This document shows, piece after piece, positions 25,486-27,432 of a stretch of DNA of 27,432 bases. The stretch spans positions 1-27,432 of the IMG/VR virus record IMGVR_UViG_3300012952_000101; one strand, given 5' to 3'. This stretch comes from a virus (lineage: Duplodnaviria > Caudoviricetes). The notes below the pieces were generated by a model. That model was not told where the DNA came from. It ran no database searches and saw only the letters and a list, made by a program, of their open reading frames with translations. Every line of letters begins with the position of its first letter. Positions within the stretch are counted from its first letter, which is position 1. A program made the position numbers and the translations under genes.

Positions 25486-25711
25486 TAATCGTATAAGGAT
25501 TATCCTCTATTAACATTTGATGACCTGCCGCTCCATCATAATATATAATATCATCTATATTAATTACTGATACATCAGTACCTGGTTTTATTACTTGTCC
25601 CTTTTTATATCTAAAGTTGTTAGCATCTTCGTTAGACAATAATAATCCTGATTCTGTTTTTAATTCTTCTTTAATTGTTTTGATTACAATGTATTTACCT
25701 ATTGGCTTCAT
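25454..25711 (-). CDS. groES: Co-chaperonin GroES
   Basis: MKPIGKYIVIK..EELKTESGLLL (mobile loop)..GQVIKPG..I..DDIIYY..YTIITERDVVVV. Confidence 0.88.
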   Translation of the reverse strand: MKPIGKYIVIKTIKEELKTESGLLLSNEDANNFRYKKGQVIKPGTDVSVINIDDIIYYDGAAGHQMLIEDNPYTIITERDVVVVV

Positions 25712-25994
25712 ATCTTTTTAATTTAAATCTTAATATATTGTTGGGTGGATATAAATACTGTAATACTTTTAATCTATGATTTCCTTGTATTACTCTATAT
25801 TGTAAATCTTTTTTCTCCACCTCAATTAGCTCTTTTAATCCTTCTTTATCTATATCATGTAATAATCTTGTCCAGTCGTACGCTCTATCTTTCTTTATTA
25901 AGTCTGAAAAAGAGAAGTTATCATAATCGCCTTTTACCTCGTTAATATTAAGATAAGCAATAACCCACTGCTTCTTATAATATTTTTTTGTCAT
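25695..25994 (-). CDS. Stand-alone ParB/Sulfiredoxin N-terminal-like domain protein
   Basis: 'LLHDIDKEGLKELIEV...YRVIQGNHRLKVL' GxHR motif. Confidence 0.7.
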   Translation of the reverse strand: MTKKYYKKQWVIAYLNINEVKGDYDNFSFSDLIKKDRAYDWTRLLHDIDKEGLKELIEVEKKDLQYRVIQGNHRLKVLQYLYPPNNILRFKLKRYEANR

Positions 25995-26070
25995 AACGAT
26001 TCATGTTCTCTATAAGCTTCTTATTAGGATCTTCTCTTTTAAAAAATAAAGATAATATCCACCTAAGCAT
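25975..26070 (-). CDS. 31-aa micro-ORF
   Basis: MLRWILSLFFKREDPNKKLIENMNRYDKKIL; overlaps the groEL stop and the next start. Confidence 0.5.
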   Translation of the reverse strand: MLRWILSLFFKREDPNKKLIENMNRYDKKIL

Positions 26071-27432
26071 CAGTATGGATTCTTGCGTGAGTAACTATAG
26101 CGTTTGTAGTGAGTATGGTTGTTGCTACACTAATAGCGTTAGATAATGCTTGAGTAGTTACTCTTGCTGGATCTACTACCCCCATCTTAAACATGTCCCC
26201 GTACTTACCATTAACAACATTGTATCCGTAATTTGCTTTAGGCTCTTTTTCATATATGTCTTCTTTCTCCAATCCTGCGTTTTTTAAAATTTGACGAAGA
26301 GGAGCTTCTAAAGCTTCTTTTAATATTTTATGAGAAGTCTTTTTACCTTTATAAGTTTGAGCTATATTATATAATAATAATCCTCCCCCTGGCACAATGC
26401 CTTCTTGTAAGGCGCTGCGCACAGCGCATACCGAGTCATCGACTCGGTCAAATTTTTCTTTTTGTTCTATATCAGAAGTGGCTCCTACATATATACATCC
26501 TATTCCTCCGACTAAACTGGCGATCCTTTCATTAATAAAGTCTTTCTCATGTTTAGCTGTTAATCTTTGTTGTTGTTCTCTCAGCTCTTCTACTCTTGCT
26601 ATAGTTTCATTACTAATGTCTCCGTCTTTAATTATTATAGTAGAATCTTTACCTACTATTATTTTATCTGCATGGCCTAAATCCTCTGGTCTAATTAGAG
26701 ATAAATCATCTCCAGTTTTTTCAGAAAAGTATTTCGCTCCCACAGCAAAAGCAATATCTTGCATTAATTCATGAGTCTTATATCCAAATGAAGGTGGTTG
26801 TATATTACAAAACTTTAATCCATTACGCTGAACGTTAGCCGCCATAGTATTAATAACATTTTGAGAACAGTCTCCAATAATTAATAATTTTTCTCCTGCA
26901 TTAATAATTGGCTTAAGAACATTCTCAATTTGAAGTATATTATTAATCTCAGTATCACATATAAGAATCTTTACATTATCATATATACACTCATCTTTCC
27001 TTTGATCGTTAATAAACATTGGAGATGTCCAGCCTCTATCAACCTTTATACCATTGGTAACCTCAGCATAAGTCTCATCGGTTTGAGATCTCTCAACTGT
27101 TACTATACCATCACGACCCACTTCTTTATAAGACCTTGCTATAATATCACCAATCTCTTTATCGTTGTTAGCAGATATGGCCGCAATATCTTTTAACATA
27201 TCCTCAGTAACCTCAACGGCCTGTGTCTTTATTTTATTATCTATTATTTCTCCCTGAGCCCTAAGGTCTCTAATTACCTGAATTATATTCTCACCTTTCT
27301 CTATATATTTTTGACCAGCCTTAACTAAAGCTTCCGTCAAAACAATTGCAGTAGTTGTTCCGTCTCCAGCCGTGTTAGCTGTTTTCTCTGATGCTTGTTT
27401 CATCATTCTAACCGCAAGGTTCTCTATTGGGT
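26063..27432 (-). CDS. groEL: Chaperonin GroEL (5' end outside the window)
   Basis: Frame is open to the edge (PIENLAVRMMKQA). AGDGTTTA, ISANND, VG.DGIVTVE, KEKFDRVDD, EGIVPGGG and GVVDPARV; no GGM tail. Confidence 0.95.
   Translation of the reverse strand, partial: PIENLAVRMMKQASEKTANTAGDGTTTAIVLTEALVKAGQKYIEKGENIIQVIRDLRAQGEIIDNKIKTQAVEVTEDMLKDIAAISANNDKEIGDIIARSYKEVGRDGIVTVERSQTDETYAEVTNGIKVDRGWTSPMFINDQRKDECIYDNVKILICDTEINNILQIENVLKPIINAGEKLLIIGDCSQNVINTMAANVQRNGLKFCNIQPPSFGYKTHELMQDIAFAVGAKYFSEKTGDDLSLIRPEDLGHADKIIVGKDSTIIIKDGDISNETIARVEELREQQQRLTAKHEKDFINERIASLVGGIGCIYVGATSDIEQKEKFDRVDDSVCAVRSALQEGIVPGGGLLLYNIAQTYKGKKTSHKILKEALEAPLRQILKNAGLEKEDIYEKEPKANYGYNVVNGKYGDMFKMGVVDPARVTTQALSNAISVATTILTTNAIVTHARIHTDA

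Larger units (their letters stand above)
1..27432 (-). mobile_element. Bacteriophage genome fragment (crAss-like/Flavobacteria podovirus-type morphogenesis, lysis and chaperonin region)
   Basis: TerL-portal-scaffold-MCP-tail ring-muzzle gene order, endolysin and holins, dense co-oriented genes with TAATG/ATGA overlaps. No integrase, att site or host genes seen. Confidence 0.95.

Noticed and set aside
2029-27196. Other short + strand ORFs in the track (e.g. 2029, 3975, 4353, 13722, 16953, 19750, 26397, 26930)
   Set aside because: All lie antisense to well-supported - strand genes, mostly with non-ATG starts and no recognisable motifs.
1-27432. Stop-codon reassignment as in some crAss-like phages
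   Set aside because: Long genes are intact in code 11, and TAG (3668, 17506, 26063) and TGA (11169, 14433) end genes at sensible boundaries.
1-27432. tRNA, CRISPR array, intron/intein or integrase
   Set aside because: Intergenic gaps are all under about 90 nt and explained by promoters/terminators; TerL, portal and MCP appear uninterrupted. A covariance-model scan was not possible.

Overview
The whole window is an AT-rich fragment of a tailed dsDNA phage genome, almost entirely coded on the - strand in standard code 11. Architecture and protein families suggest a crAss-like/phi14:2-like podovirus of a Bacteroidota (Flavobacteria-type) host. This is an inference, supported by repeated TAnnTTTG Bacteroidota -7 promoter elements and A-rich starts with no Shine-Dalgarno. 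In transcription order (right to left): 5'-truncated groEL, a micro-ORF, a stand-alone ParB/Srx-like domain, groES, a single + strand wHTH-like gene, a long array of very Lys/Arg-rich small proteins, structural and LamG proteins, a lysis region (M15 peptidase, holins, small lipoprotein) interleaved with more basic micro-proteins, two MAKI-type fibre proteins, a tandem GroES-like protein, a 2OG-Fe(II) oxygenase, TerS/TerL, portal, scaffold, major capsid protein, three paralogous decoration-like genes, two tail ring proteins and a 3'-truncated muzzle/tail-stabilisation protein. The most notable items are: (i) about 12 highly basic proteins with shared terminal motifs, (ii) a GroEL + GroES + double-GroES chaperonin set, (iii) an overlapping bidirectional promoter between the regulator and the basic array, (iv) a beta-rich module inserted in several unrelated virion proteins, and (v) fused terminator-promoter cassettes. 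All family assignments come from motif recognition, not database searches.
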